From Candidatus Parcubacteria bacterium (GTDB lineage: Bacteria; Patescibacteriota; Minisyncoccia; UBA6257; HR35): a stretch of DNA of 64,000 nucleotides. Where the stretch lies: NCBI GenBank assembly GCA_026004535.1, contig BPJI01000001.1, forward strand, positions 233,491 to 297,490, read 5' to 3'. Of this stretch, positions 7,791 to 16,824 are shown in pieces. How positions within the stretch are numbered: position 1 is the first letter of the stretch; each line of letters opens with the position of its first letter. The translations under genes were made by a program, and so were the position numbers. The notes under the pieces are model-generated. The model worked only from the letters and a program-made list of their open reading frames with translations. It ran no database searches and was not told the DNA's origin.

Positions 7791-8866
7791 AGCTTTTAAT
7801 CCAAAAAGTAAAAGATGTAAGAATAGATGATAAAGATTACCCGGATAAGGACCAGATAGAGTCACCCGGATTTAAACCGGATATGATTAACTACCCGGAT
7901 AATAACCGGATAGAACTATCCGGATTTGAACCGGATAAAGTTAATCATCTACAAGATGAGAAACAAATAAAACTAATTTTGAGTGATTTAACAAATAAAA
8001 TCATAGGTATTTTATTTAAAGTACATAATATATTAGGTCCAAGCTTTAAAGAAGTACAATATAAAAAAGCAATAGAGGACGTTCTATTAAAGGAAAACAT
8101 AGATTTCAAAAAAGAAATCTCTGTCCATATAGATTTTAAATCATTTAAATTAAAAGATTTAAGAATTGATTTTATCATCGAAAATAAATTAATATTGGAA
8201 GTCAAGTCTAAGCCGTTTCTTACAAAAGAAGATATGAGACAAACTTTAAGATATTTAAAAGTTACAGATCTACCCCTAGCCATATTAGTCAATTTCAGAA
8301 GAAAAAAGTTAGAATACAAAAGAATAATAAATCCTGAAGTAATAGATAAATATAGCCCATCCGGTGAAAATCAGGGTAACCAATCTGGTAAACATCCGGG
8401 TAATAACATATCCGGTAATCATCCGGGTAATATATCCGGTTTTCATCCGTGTAATAACATATCCGGTTCTCATCCGGGTAAAATATCCGATAAATATCCG
8501 GGTAATAATTTATTATTAATTTATGTTGGGATTGAAAAAGGAGATGAAAATAAAAATTTAGAAGAAATTGTTAATTATTTAGAAAATTTACAAATTATTG
8601 ATGAAAATGGTAAATTTGCAAAAACAATGAAAGAAACAAAGCCTGTTTTTGTTTTTATTTCTAATATAACTTTATTAGCTGGGTTTGAAAAGGGAAGAAT
8701 AAATTTTAATCGAGCTTTAGAACCAAAATTAGCCAAAGAAATTTTCAAAAAATTAATCCAGGTTTTTAAAAATAAAGGTTATCAAGTTTTTTCTAAAGAA
8801 TTCGGCAGTTATTTAGAGATTACCTCCACTAATGTTGGTCCAATAAACTTTTATCTTCAAATTTAA
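7787..8866 (+). CDS. dtd: D-aminoacyl-tRNA deacylase reading frame interrupted in-frame by a ~670-bp composite element (fusion protein or inactivated gene)
   Basis: N-terminal MKLLIQKVKDV and C-terminal LLLIYVGIEKGDE..SNITLLAG..NVGPINFYLQI match Dtd motifs (MIALIQRV / LLVLLGVEKDD / SQFTLAAD / NDGPVTFWLQV). The 224 codons between them are repeat + GxxExxY module. ATGA overlap with lepA stop. Confidence 0.6.
   Translation: MKLLIQKVKDVRIDDKDYPDKDQIESPGFKPDMINYPDNNRIELSGFEPDKVNHLQDEKQIKLILSDLTNKIIGILFKVHNILGPSFKEVQYKKAIEDVLLKENIDFKKEISVHIDFKSFKLKDLRIDFIIENKLILEVKSKPFLTKEDMRQTLRYLKVTDLPLAILVNFRRKKLEYKRIINPEVIDKYSPSGENQGNQSGKHPGNNISGNHPGNISGFHPCNNISGSHPGKISDKYPGNNLLLIYVGIEKGDENKNLEEIVNYLENLQIIDENGKFAKTMKETKPVFVFISNITLLAGFEKGRINFNRALEPKLAKEIFKKLIQVFKNKGYQVFSKEFGSYLEITSTNVGPINFYLQI
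7838..8509 (+). mobile_element. composite element: forward CCGGAT array (7838-7948) + GxxExxY PD-(D/E)xK nuclease module (7949-8353) + reverse CCGGAT array (8354-8509)
   Basis: Terminal arrays are reverse complements of each other and belong to the same family as the cargo-less arrays elsewhere in the window. The whole element is stop-free in the dtd frame. Confidence 0.55.
7949..8353 (+). other. GxxExxY-family PD-(D/E)xK nuclease-like domain (no own ATG; in-frame with dtd)
   Basis: LTNKIIGILFKVHNILGPSFKEVQYKKAIEDVL..RIDFIIENKLILEVKSK..LRYLKVTDLPLAILVNFRRKKLEYKRII matches the GxxExxY consensus (E.LT..IIG..vH..LGpG.lEsvYe.AL..EL; D..v.....vELK; llnYlk.tg...gllINF). Confidence 0.65.
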
Positions 8867-8949
8867 AACACACGATGTCTTATTAATTTTTTTCATTATT
8901 CATTGCTATAACAGAAAATAATGAAAATGACTGACATAGCAGTTGGTAA

Positions 8950-10473
8950 ATGAATCTTATCTCTTTTACAAATTTTAATTTATTTCGGGGTGAAAAAGAG
9001 CTTATTAGAGATAGTAATTTTATTATTCTTGAAAAAGAAAAAATTGGTCTTATTGGTCGAAATGGCAGTGGGAAATCAACTTTATTAAGTCTAATTTATA
9101 AGATTTGGCAAAATCAACCAATTGATAACGAAATAAGATTTACTGGTAAAGTTTTTGTTAATTCTAAGATAGTTTTTGGTTTTTTACCCCAAGAAATAAA
9201 ATTTGATTTTCAAGGAAAAGTTAAAGATTATTTTCAAACTGTGATAAAAACAAATTTTAATATAGAAAATAACTGGGAATATGAAAAAAGAAGAAATAAA
9301 ATTTTTAAGAAATTAAATCTATCAGAGGAAATTTTAAATAAAGACATGAGTAATATTTCTGGTGGTGAAGCAACAAGAATAGGCTTAGCCGGGGTTTTTC
9401 TATCTCAAGCCAATTTTTGGCTTTTAGATGAACCAACAAATAATTTAGATCTTGAAGGTATTGATCTTTTAATTGAAGAAATAGGAAATTTTAAAGGCAA
9501 TATTTTGATTGTTACTCATGATCGTCGTGTTTTAGATAAATTACAAAAAATAATAGAGATTGATGAAGAAACAAAAACAATTAGATCCTGGGGAGGAAAT
9601 TATAGTTTTTATAAAATAAAAAAAGAAGAAGAATATGAAGCAAGATTAAGAAAATATGAGGCACAGAAAGAGAAGAGAAAAAATCTCGAAAATACTATAA
9701 AAGAAATTAGGAAAAAAGCACAAATTTTCGAGAATTTAAGTAAAAATGCTTTCTATCGTAGTAAAGGTTCTAAATTGGCAAAAAGGGCATTAGCCATAGA
9801 AGCAAGAATTCAAAGAGAGCTGTTAGAACTTGATGAGCCATCTTTATCAGTTAAACCAAAATTTTTTGTTGGTAATATATCTGTAAAAGAAGGAAATTTA
9901 ATAGATGTTAAAAACTTAAATTTTAGCATTAACAATAAAAAAATCCTAAATAATATTGATTTAAAGATCAATTTTAAAGATAAAGTTTTAATTAAAGGTC
10001 CTAATGGTTCAGGTAAATCAACTTTAATAAAACTAATTACCAAAGAAATTGAACCAGAAAGTGGTGAGATAATTATTAATCCAAATATTAAAATAGGTTA
10101 TTTACCACAATCACCTCAAATAGAAAATCCTGAAATAAAAGTCAAAGAATTTCTAATCAAAAATTACAATCTGTCCGAAGATAATGTGAAAAGAATCTTA
10201 AATGAAATGAAAATTTCTGAAACAATTACTTTTAAACTTAAAGAACTTAGCCTTGGAGAAATTAGAAGAATTCAATTAGCAGCTATTTTATTTTTAGCTC
10301 CTAATGTTTTAATTTTAGATGAACCAACTAATCATTTAGATGTTTATACAATTGAAGAATTAACTGATGCTCTTAGATATTATTTAGATCAAGGAGGCAC
10401 AATTATTTTTTCCTCTCATGATGAATATTTTATTAACGACATTAAACCAAATAAGGTTATAAATTTACTATAA
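8950..10473 (+). CDS. ABC-F family ATPase (two tandem ABC domains, no TM domain)
   Basis: Walker A GRNGSGKST and GPNGSGKST, signatures LSGGE / LSLGE, K/E-rich inter-domain linker. 507 aa. Confidence 0.8.
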   Translation: MNLISFTNFNLFRGEKELIRDSNFIILEKEKIGLIGRNGSGKSTLLSLIYKIWQNQPIDNEIRFTGKVFVNSKIVFGFLPQEIKFDFQGKVKDYFQTVIKTNFNIENNWEYEKRRNKIFKKLNLSEEILNKDMSNISGGEATRIGLAGVFLSQANFWLLDEPTNNLDLEGIDLLIEEIGNFKGNILIVTHDRRVLDKLQKIIEIDEETKTIRSWGGNYSFYKIKKEEEYEARLRKYEAQKEKRKNLENTIKEIRKKAQIFENLSKNAFYRSKGSKLAKRALAIEARIQRELLELDEPSLSVKPKFFVGNISVKEGNLIDVKNLNFSINNKKILNNIDLKINFKDKVLIKGPNGSGKSTLIKLITKEIEPESGEIIINPNIKIGYLPQSPQIENPEIKVKEFLIKNYNLSEDNVKRILNEMKISETITFKLKELSLGEIRRIQLAAILFLAPNVLILDEPTNHLDVYTIEELTDALRYYLDQGGTIIFSSHDEYFINDIKPNKVINLL

Positions 10474-10645
10474 AAACCAAATTTTTACTTTAAGATTTGG
10501 TTCTACATAATTTATCAATTTCTTAAAGAATTTAGAATTATAAAAAATCATTAACAATATTCAATTTTTACTATATTTAAATAAAAAAATTAAAAGTAAA
10601 GGATATTATTGAATTATAAAAGTTGATTTTGAGAAAGAAAACTAT

Positions 10646-11047
10646 CTAGTTAGTTTTAACTTCGAGTGTTTTTTTCAAAATATTAACTAACTCATTTAAA
10701 TCTGTTGCTTTTCTTAAATAGTCAACCGCGCCAATTTCACCAGCAATTTTTTTATGATATTTAGCCAACTCAGCATCTAAATCGTCAATTGAAGTAATAA
10801 AGAAAATTTTTATATTTTTAAGTTCAGGATTTTCTTTGATAGCCAAAAAAGTTTCTACTCCATCCATTTCAGGCATGGTATTATCTAATAAAATAACATC
10901 AGGTTTGTTAGTTTTTAAAATTTCTAAAGCAACTTTACCATTTTCAGCCTCTAAGACATTAAAATTGGCAGATTGTAATTTTATCTTCCATATCTCACGA
11001 AAATTTTTATCATCATCAACAATTAAAATCAAAGGTTTATTATTCAT
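10646..11047 (-). CDS. response regulator, receiver domain only (CheY-like)
   Basis: ILIVDDD..DVILLDNTMPEMDG..K motif set, 133 aa, no output domain. Confidence 0.75.
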   Translation of the reverse strand: MNNKPLILIVDDDKNFREIWKIKLQSANFNVLEAENGKVALEILKTNKPDVILLDNTMPEMDGVETFLAIKENPELKNIKIFFITSIDDLDAELAKYHKKIAGEIGAVDYLRKATDLNELVNILKKTLEVKTN

Positions 11048-11439
11048 TGCAAAAATTCTTTTATTTTTTTAATTATATCAGGCAAATCAGTTGTTTTACG
11101 GATAACCCCAACCGCTCCAATGCTTTTGGCATAATTATCATCAATTTTTGTTCCATCGTTATTATATTGTAAATTGGTAATTAAAATTATTGGTGGACAT
11201 TCTTTGCCAAGATCTCTTTGCAAATAACAAAACAGACTAAAACCATTTAAAATAGGCATTGATAAATCTAAAAGAATTAAATCAGTATTTTTGCAAACAG
11301 AAATATTTTTTAATGCTTCCTGAGGATCAGTAAAACCAATGACATCAAAGCCCTCTTTTTTAAGAACAAATGAAAAGAGTTCAACAAATGATTTTTCGTC
11401 GTCAATTAAAACAATTTTTTTGGCCATTTGTTCGGCCAT
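11044..11439 (-). CDS. response regulator, receiver domain only (CheY-like)
   Basis: VLIDDE..LILLDLSMP receiver motifs, 131 aa. 4-nt overlap with downstream receiver gene. Confidence 0.75.
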   Translation of the reverse strand: MAEQMAKKIVLIDDEKSFVELFSFVLKKEGFDVIGFTDPQEALKNISVCKNTDLILLDLSMPILNGFSLFCYLQRDLGKECPPIILITNLQYNNDGTKIDDNYAKSIGAVGVIRKTTDLPDIIKKIKEFLQ

Positions 11440-11478
11440 TAATTAAATTATAATACTAAATTTGTCAAGATGTCAAGC

Positions 11479-13068
11479 TCAAGAAATTGGCAATTTTACA
11501 TAAAATTTACTTCCTTTACCTTCGCCTTCTGATTCAGCCCAAATTTTACCCTGATGAGCCTCAACTAAATTCTTGACAATGTAGAGTCCTAAACCAGTGC
11601 CTCTAATTTCTTTTTTAATTGAAGGATCGCGAACAAATTCACCAAAAAGCTTGCTTTGTAATTCTTTTGACATTCCAATACCAGAATCACTAACACAAAT
11701 TAATAATTCATTATTTTCTTTATTAACACTTACCTTAACCCATCCTTGAGAAGTATATTTAATAGCATTATCAATTAAATTTTGGATAATTTGAGCAAAT
11801 CTTAATTTATCAACTTTCAGAATTATTTGCTCAAGATTAGTTTCAAAACTTAGCTCTAAATTCTTTTCTTTGGCTAAGAGTATAAAATTATTTACAATTT
11901 CTTTAATCAAACCAATAATTTCGACTTCTTCAAAGTTAAGCTCTAATTTTCCTTCTTCAATTCGACGATAATCCATAAATTCTTCAATTAAAACTAAAAG
12001 TTTATCAACTGAATCCTTAATTTTTTTGGCAAAATCTTTTGCTTGCTCAGGTACATTTTCGATTCCATCAGCAATCAACTCAGCATAACCTTTAACAACC
12101 GCCATGGGTGCTTTCACCTGATGAGACGCAAACGAAAGAAACTCCGACTTAATTCTGTTTAATGTTTCCAATTTTTGATTGAGTTTAGCTAATTTTTCTC
12201 GTTGTTCAATCTCTTGATAGACAGAACGGATTAGGAATATACTGAGAACGAAAGATAAAGCTAAAATAGTCAATCTAGTTATAATTTCTACAAAGTTTTT
12301 GTACTGGCTTAATTCGAATAAATTAACTAATAAAAGAACGATAATAAAAATCGCTGCTGAGGCCAATTTAACGTTGAATAATTCATATTTGTGAATTCCT
12401 AAACTTAAACTTATTATGAATGGTAACATAAAAAAACCACTGAAAGGAATAAAATTAGAATTATTAAAAAAATTAGGAAAAATAAAATCAAAAGTTATTA
12501 CTAGGAATGAAGTAAGCAAAAATGAAACTATTATTAACAAATATTTACCTTTTTCATTTTTGCTTCGTAAATACTTAACTACCAGATTTTTTAAAGCCAA
12601 TAAGTTAAAATATATAGTTGTTAAGCCGAAAATGATGATACCAAATTTTCGTATTTCTGGATTTAGTGGATTAATAGAAATAATTTTAGAAACCAATAAT
12701 TGTGTTAAGCTTATAATTGACATCAGTGATGTTAAAAATAGATGAATATAGAAAACTTTCTTGTTTCCTGACAATCTTTCGTCGGGGTAAAAGTATGAAA
12801 TTGCATATATAAGAAAATTGATCCAGGCAGCAGTAAAAAGTAAAAACCTAAAAATAATTAATGTGATGTTATAATCTGTAGATTTAAATAATAATACGGC
12901 CAAAAGGGACCATATTGCCACAAGAATTGTATAAATGAAAAAAACTATATTTGTTAAGCTTTTTCTATTCTTTAAATAAGCGATATACCCCAGGATAAAA
13001 ATAACTATACTAGTAGCTGTTGCTATTGTGATATCAAAATTTAAAATTATATTTCTAACAATTTCCAT
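11479..13068 (-). CDS. sensor histidine kinase with ~7-TM N-terminal sensor region
   Basis: Multiple predicted TM helices in the first 270 aa. H-box SHQVKAP, HATPase G-boxes DSGIGM, GTGLGLYIV. Confidence 0.8.
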   Translation of the reverse strand: MEIVRNIILNFDITIATATSIVIFILGYIAYLKNRKSLTNIVFFIYTILVAIWSLLAVLLFKSTDYNITLIIFRFLLFTAAWINFLIYAISYFYPDERLSGNKKVFYIHLFLTSLMSIISLTQLLVSKIISINPLNPEIRKFGIIIFGLTTIYFNLLALKNLVVKYLRSKNEKGKYLLIIVSFLLTSFLVITFDFIFPNFFNNSNFIPFSGFFMLPFIISLSLGIHKYELFNVKLASAAIFIIVLLLVNLFELSQYKNFVEIITRLTILALSFVLSIFLIRSVYQEIEQREKLAKLNQKLETLNRIKSEFLSFASHQVKAPMAVVKGYAELIADGIENVPEQAKDFAKKIKDSVDKLLVLIEEFMDYRRIEEGKLELNFEEVEIIGLIKEIVNNFILLAKEKNLELSFETNLEQIILKVDKLRFAQIIQNLIDNAIKYTSQGWVKVSVNKENNELLICVSDSGIGMSKELQSKLFGEFVRDPSIKKEIRGTGLGLYIVKNLVEAHQGKIWAESEGEGKGSKFYVKLPIS

Positions 13069-13069
13069 A

Positions 13070-14134
13070 TTATAACCAATTTATTATTGGTTGTCTTTTA
13101 TAAGATACTGCTGATGGAGGCTGTGTCTTTCCTATTCTAAAAAGAAAAGCTAAAATTTTATTTTTTTCATTAACATCAAAAACGTCAATTATTTTTTGAT
13201 AAGATTCATTTATTATTTGTTTTTCTCTTTTACTAAAGGTATTATCATCTTCTGAATTGATTCTTTGCCATAAAAACGGTACTCCTGTAATTAAATGAAA
13301 ACCTAAATTTAATTTTGTAGATCTGAGCCAGATATTTTCTAATAATTTCCCGGCATAGATAAAATCAGAATCATTATTGTTGATGAACATACCGCCGATT
13401 AAGGCACACGATTGAGCTGTTTTAATGCTACCTTGATTAATTTTTTTGACAAAACCTATCTTTTTAAAAATACTTAATATCGGCCAATATCTAAAAAGTT
13501 TAAAAATTTTAATTGCCTGGGGAGGTATTTCTAGTGTTCTTACGTATAATCCACTTTTATAGTGTTGCTCTTTCTCTTCAAATAAAATCTCTTTAAACAT
13601 AAGTTTATGCATTGTTCTGTTCGAAAAATTTATCAATGAATCCTTAGTAATATTCTGTGCTAAATTTTCTATTTTTGTTCTATCGTCTATTAGGATAACC
13701 TTGCACTGAGGATAATTCGATATTTCTTTTAATAGAAAAGTTTTTTCGTTTTCTTGAAGTGGTTCAGTGCTGAATGGTTTTCTGTTAGAGCATCTTTTTT
13801 CAATAAATTCAAAAAGATCTTCATTGCTTTCTGTGTCTGAGTTTAGCGGTATAAATCTTATTGCCAAAGATATTCTATTACGAGGAAAAATTTCGTAATT
13901 TATTTTGTAACCAAAATGTTTAGCAGCTATTTCTATGTTTTCTAATAAGGCGCCATGAGCAATATAGGTCCCTCGGTTTTTATAATTTAATATTGGATGA
14001 TCTTTTTCTGGCAGCATAACCACTTCTAAAACTGATTCATTGATTTTAACATTAAATTCCCATGGTTGAGAGTTTCCACCAGAAGGAGCAAGATTACCAG
14101 CTTTAATTATTTGTTCTAACAATTCTTTTTCCAT
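13070..14134 (-). CDS. nitroreductase-superfamily protein with two tandem half-domains (SagB/McbC-type dehydrogenase-like)
   Basis: APSGGNSQPWEF motif near N-terminus and second RCSNRKPFSTEP nitroreductase start ~110 aa later. 2-nt gap to the kinase gene. Confidence 0.55.
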   Translation of the reverse strand: MEKELLEQIIKAGNLAPSGGNSQPWEFNVKINESVLEVVMLPEKDHPILNYKNRGTYIAHGALLENIEIAAKHFGYKINYEIFPRNRISLAIRFIPLNSDTESNEDLFEFIEKRCSNRKPFSTEPLQENEKTFLLKEISNYPQCKVILIDDRTKIENLAQNITKDSLINFSNRTMHKLMFKEILFEEKEQHYKSGLYVRTLEIPPQAIKIFKLFRYWPILSIFKKIGFVKKINQGSIKTAQSCALIGGMFINNNDSDFIYAGKLLENIWLRSTKLNLGFHLITGVPFLWQRINSEDDNTFSKREKQIINESYQKIIDVFDVNEKNKILAFLFRIGKTQPPSAVSYKRQPIINWL

Positions 14135-14168
14135 TCTTATATTATATTTTTATTTTAATTAAAATTTT

Positions 14169-15284
14169 TCAAAAATTAAAAAACTTTCTAATTTTATTTA
14201 AAAATTTTTTTCTTTTGATTTCATTTTTGTTAAATTCAGGATCTAAAATTTTTTCGATATTGAAATCATATTTTCCCGATCTGATTTTCTTACCCAGAAG
14301 AATACTTCTTACAGTATAGGCAGTTATGCCAGCCGAGATGAAGGCTGCTGTTGAGAGCTGGGGCCAAGAATATAATGTTTTTCCTATTTCTAATACTGAA
14401 GTTAAAGATCTTAAAGGTACTAAGTTTAAATCTATAATTTTAGCCATTGCTTCATAAAGTTTTTGTGGTGATTTTTTTATCTCATCGAAATTAAATCCTG
14501 TTAATCGCCCTCCAAAAATTTCTAAATTTTTATCAATATCAAACCTTTCAACATCTAAAATAACATTATCGCCATTATCAGTAGCCATAACAACAGGAAT
14601 TTTTAGCTTTTTAGCTTCTTCTCGAATTTTAACTTTGATTACAACATCGTCTAGCTCTTCGATAATAATATCCAATCCTCTAATGAAAGTTTTGTAATTC
14701 CTATCATTAAGACCTTCGTTAAATACTTCTATTTTTAAATAGGGATTTAATTGATAAGCAAAGCAAAATAATGCTTCAGTTTTATTTGCCCCGACCCAGG
14801 TGAAATCAAATGGCATTCTGTTTAAATTACTAGGAGCAATAAAATCTGGGTCAGATATTTTAAAATGTCTTCCCACGCCCATCAATAAAAGACATAAAAA
14901 TATATTACTTCCAACACTTAAACCAGCAATACCTATTTTAGAGTTATAAATTTTATTCTGTTCTTCGAGGGTAATTAGGTTTCTATTTCTTGCCAACCTA
15001 ACTTCCTGGTGCAATTTATCTGGTAAATAATGAACCAAATATTTATTCCATGGAAAATAAACCCAATTACCCAATTTTGTTAACGATTTACCATTCGTAT
15101 GTTTTTTTACAAACAGTTCAAATTCTTGTTGATAATTTTTATTAAATTTGAATCGTGGATTCCTTATTAAAAACAAATCCTCGAGTTGAAGCTTATAAGT
15201 ATCAATTATTCTATTAACTTTATATTTTCTTGAAAATTCTTTTAAATTTAATTTGTCAGCTTTGATAATTATCGGCTTAAGCAT
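14169..15284 (-). CDS. E1-like ThiF/MoeB/MccB-family adenylyltransferase with ~85-aa N-terminal extension
   Basis: RLARNRNLITLEEQNKIYNSKIGIAGLSVGS (Rossmann/GxGxxG) and ISDPDFIAPSNLNRM (E1 DxD...SNLNRQ motif). The Cys-free N-terminal extension precedes the E1 core. Confidence 0.7.
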   Translation of the reverse strand: MLKPIIIKADKLNLKEFSRKYKVNRIIDTYKLQLEDLFLIRNPRFKFNKNYQQEFELFVKKHTNGKSLTKLGNWVYFPWNKYLVHYLPDKLHQEVRLARNRNLITLEEQNKIYNSKIGIAGLSVGSNIFLCLLLMGVGRHFKISDPDFIAPSNLNRMPFDFTWVGANKTEALFCFAYQLNPYLKIEVFNEGLNDRNYKTFIRGLDIIIEELDDVVIKVKIREEAKKLKIPVVMATDNGDNVILDVERFDIDKNLEIFGGRLTGFNFDEIKKSPQKLYEAMAKIIDLNLVPLRSLTSVLEIGKTLYSWPQLSTAAFISAGITAYTVRSILLGKKIRSGKYDFNIEKILDPEFNKNEIKRKKFLNKIRKFFNF

Positions 15285-15285
15285 T

Positions 15286-16803
15286 TTATCTGGTTAAAAC
15301 CCATTTATGTTTACTGCCTGATTTAAAAAATTTTTCATGTCCATATGGCCAAAATATTAATTTTGGATAAGCTCTTTCTTTTAAATTGTTTGACAATTCT
15401 CTATATTCCGATGATTTTTCTCTTAAGGTTTCAACAATTTTTTTAAGGGCTATTTTCTCGTAATATTTTTTAAAAACAACCCCCTTTTTAAGTTCTAAAT
15501 TAATTTCTAAATATTGATTTTGTTTAGGGTTATATTTTGTTGTCATGGTAAATTTGCCTGTTAGGAAGCTGGATAATTCTTTACTTAATATAGCTGATTT
15601 TATAAACTCTGGAAAGATTAAAATAGCATATAAAGTCGTAGCTAAATTTTTCCGTTCATAAACATAAACAAAAGGCAGTTCAAATAATAAACTATCTATT
15701 TTGTATTTTCTGGCTATTTTAATAATATCTAGTTTTTTATTTTTAAAATAATCTTTAAAATATGAATAATTGAATATTCCTCCTCTATCGCCAATTTGAT
15801 ATCTAATTAAAGGTATAGCATTATCACCTGTTAGAATTAGTTCGCCATTTTCTTCTTCAAAATTCACAAAATAAGGTATAAATTGCGCTAAAGTAGGAGT
15901 TTTGCTGATGTCGCCGAATGTCTCCTTTAAAAAATTTTTATTTTTAACACAAAGATGTCTGATTAGGGCTGCTAACGGTGTTTCAAAGGCGGTAGCACCA
16001 AATTCAGAAGAGCCATAAGCGTTCATTATGTCTAATAGTATATTAAGATTAAGTTTTTCTTTGAAGTAATATTTTAATTCTTCAGGGAAAGGTTCGCCCG
16101 CTAAAATTAATCTTATTTTAATCCTGGAAATGTCAATTTTACTATCAATAAGTTCATCAATTATATCTTTGACAAATGGAGGATAGCCTGCTATTATTAT
16201 TTGTCTATAGTAAGGCGCAATATCTTTAAAAATTTTGATTACTTCTTGTTTATTAACCCCAGGTGAAATAATTGAAAGATTTGTCCGGCCTAATGCATTG
16301 CCTAAATAGCAACCTAATAACATCCCGACGCCAGCACTCCAGACGCCCATTCCAAAAGTAATAATAAATAATGTCGGTTTGGTTAAAAATGATGGACGAT
16401 AACTTAAAAATAATTCTGTTCCTATCTCTCGAATTAAGTCAAATCTCGGTTCTCTAAAAAAATATGTTGGTTTACCGGTTGTGCCTGATGAAGCATGGAT
16501 AGTTAGGGGTTTTTGAAAAGTGCCATCCCATAATAATTTTTTATAATCATAATAATGAACATAATTTTCTTTTGTTGTTGGAGGTAATAATTTAAAATCT
16601 TCTAAAGTTTTTATTTTTTCAGGATTAACTTTATTTCTTTTGAGAAAGTCTTTATAAGCAGGTACTTTCTGAGCCGCCATGTGAAAAAGTTTTAGGGTGC
16701 GTTCTTCTTTTATTTTATCCCAATCTTTAATTTTATTTATCTTGATTTCTGATATTATTTTATTAATAAATTTCCTGAATTGTTTTATATTATGGGGAAA
16801 CAT
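15286..16803 (-). CDS. adenylate-forming enzyme, PaaK/coenzyme-F390-synthetase-like (ANL superfamily)
   Basis: AMP-binding P-loop ASSGTTGKPT and YQIGDRG motif typical of the phenylacetate-CoA ligase clade. 505 aa. Confidence 0.65.
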   Translation of the reverse strand: MFPHNIKQFRKFINKIISEIKINKIKDWDKIKEERTLKLFHMAAQKVPAYKDFLKRNKVNPEKIKTLEDFKLLPPTTKENYVHYYDYKKLLWDGTFQKPLTIHASSGTTGKPTYFFREPRFDLIREIGTELFLSYRPSFLTKPTLFIITFGMGVWSAGVGMLLGCYLGNALGRTNLSIISPGVNKQEVIKIFKDIAPYYRQIIIAGYPPFVKDIIDELIDSKIDISRIKIRLILAGEPFPEELKYYFKEKLNLNILLDIMNAYGSSEFGATAFETPLAALIRHLCVKNKNFLKETFGDISKTPTLAQFIPYFVNFEEENGELILTGDNAIPLIRYQIGDRGGIFNYSYFKDYFKNKKLDIIKIARKYKIDSLLFELPFVYVYERKNLATTLYAILIFPEFIKSAILSKELSSFLTGKFTMTTKYNPKQNQYLEINLELKKGVVFKKYYEKIALKKIVETLREKSSEYRELSNNLKERAYPKLIFWPYGHEKFFKSGSKHKWVLTR

Positions 16804-16824
16804 TTTTTTAAATTTTTATCGTTT

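Noticed and set aside
7945-8319. Small antisense or embedded ORFs listed in the six-frame track
   Set aside because: All of these lie inside or opposite well-supported genes or repeat arrays. They have low-complexity, K/F/L/I-rich translations typical of AT-rich antisense frames, with no independent signals. The set comprises 7945-8319(-), 9810-10043(-), 10836-11072(+), 12416-12745(+), 18723-19115(-), 18877-19080(+), 23638-23862(-), 24359-24571(+), 31654-31845(+), 33831-34025(-), 33939-34121(+), 38482-38742(+), 38824-39021(+), 43546-43767(-), 46601-46825(-), 50622-50819(+), 56086-56490(-), 58864-59061(+) and 62682-62918(-).
7838-8509. Intein in dtd
   Set aside because: No intein splicing motifs are present: no N-terminal Cys/Ser + block B TxxH, and no C-terminal HN followed by Cys/Ser/Thr. 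The insert is bounded by DNA-level inverted repeat arrays instead.
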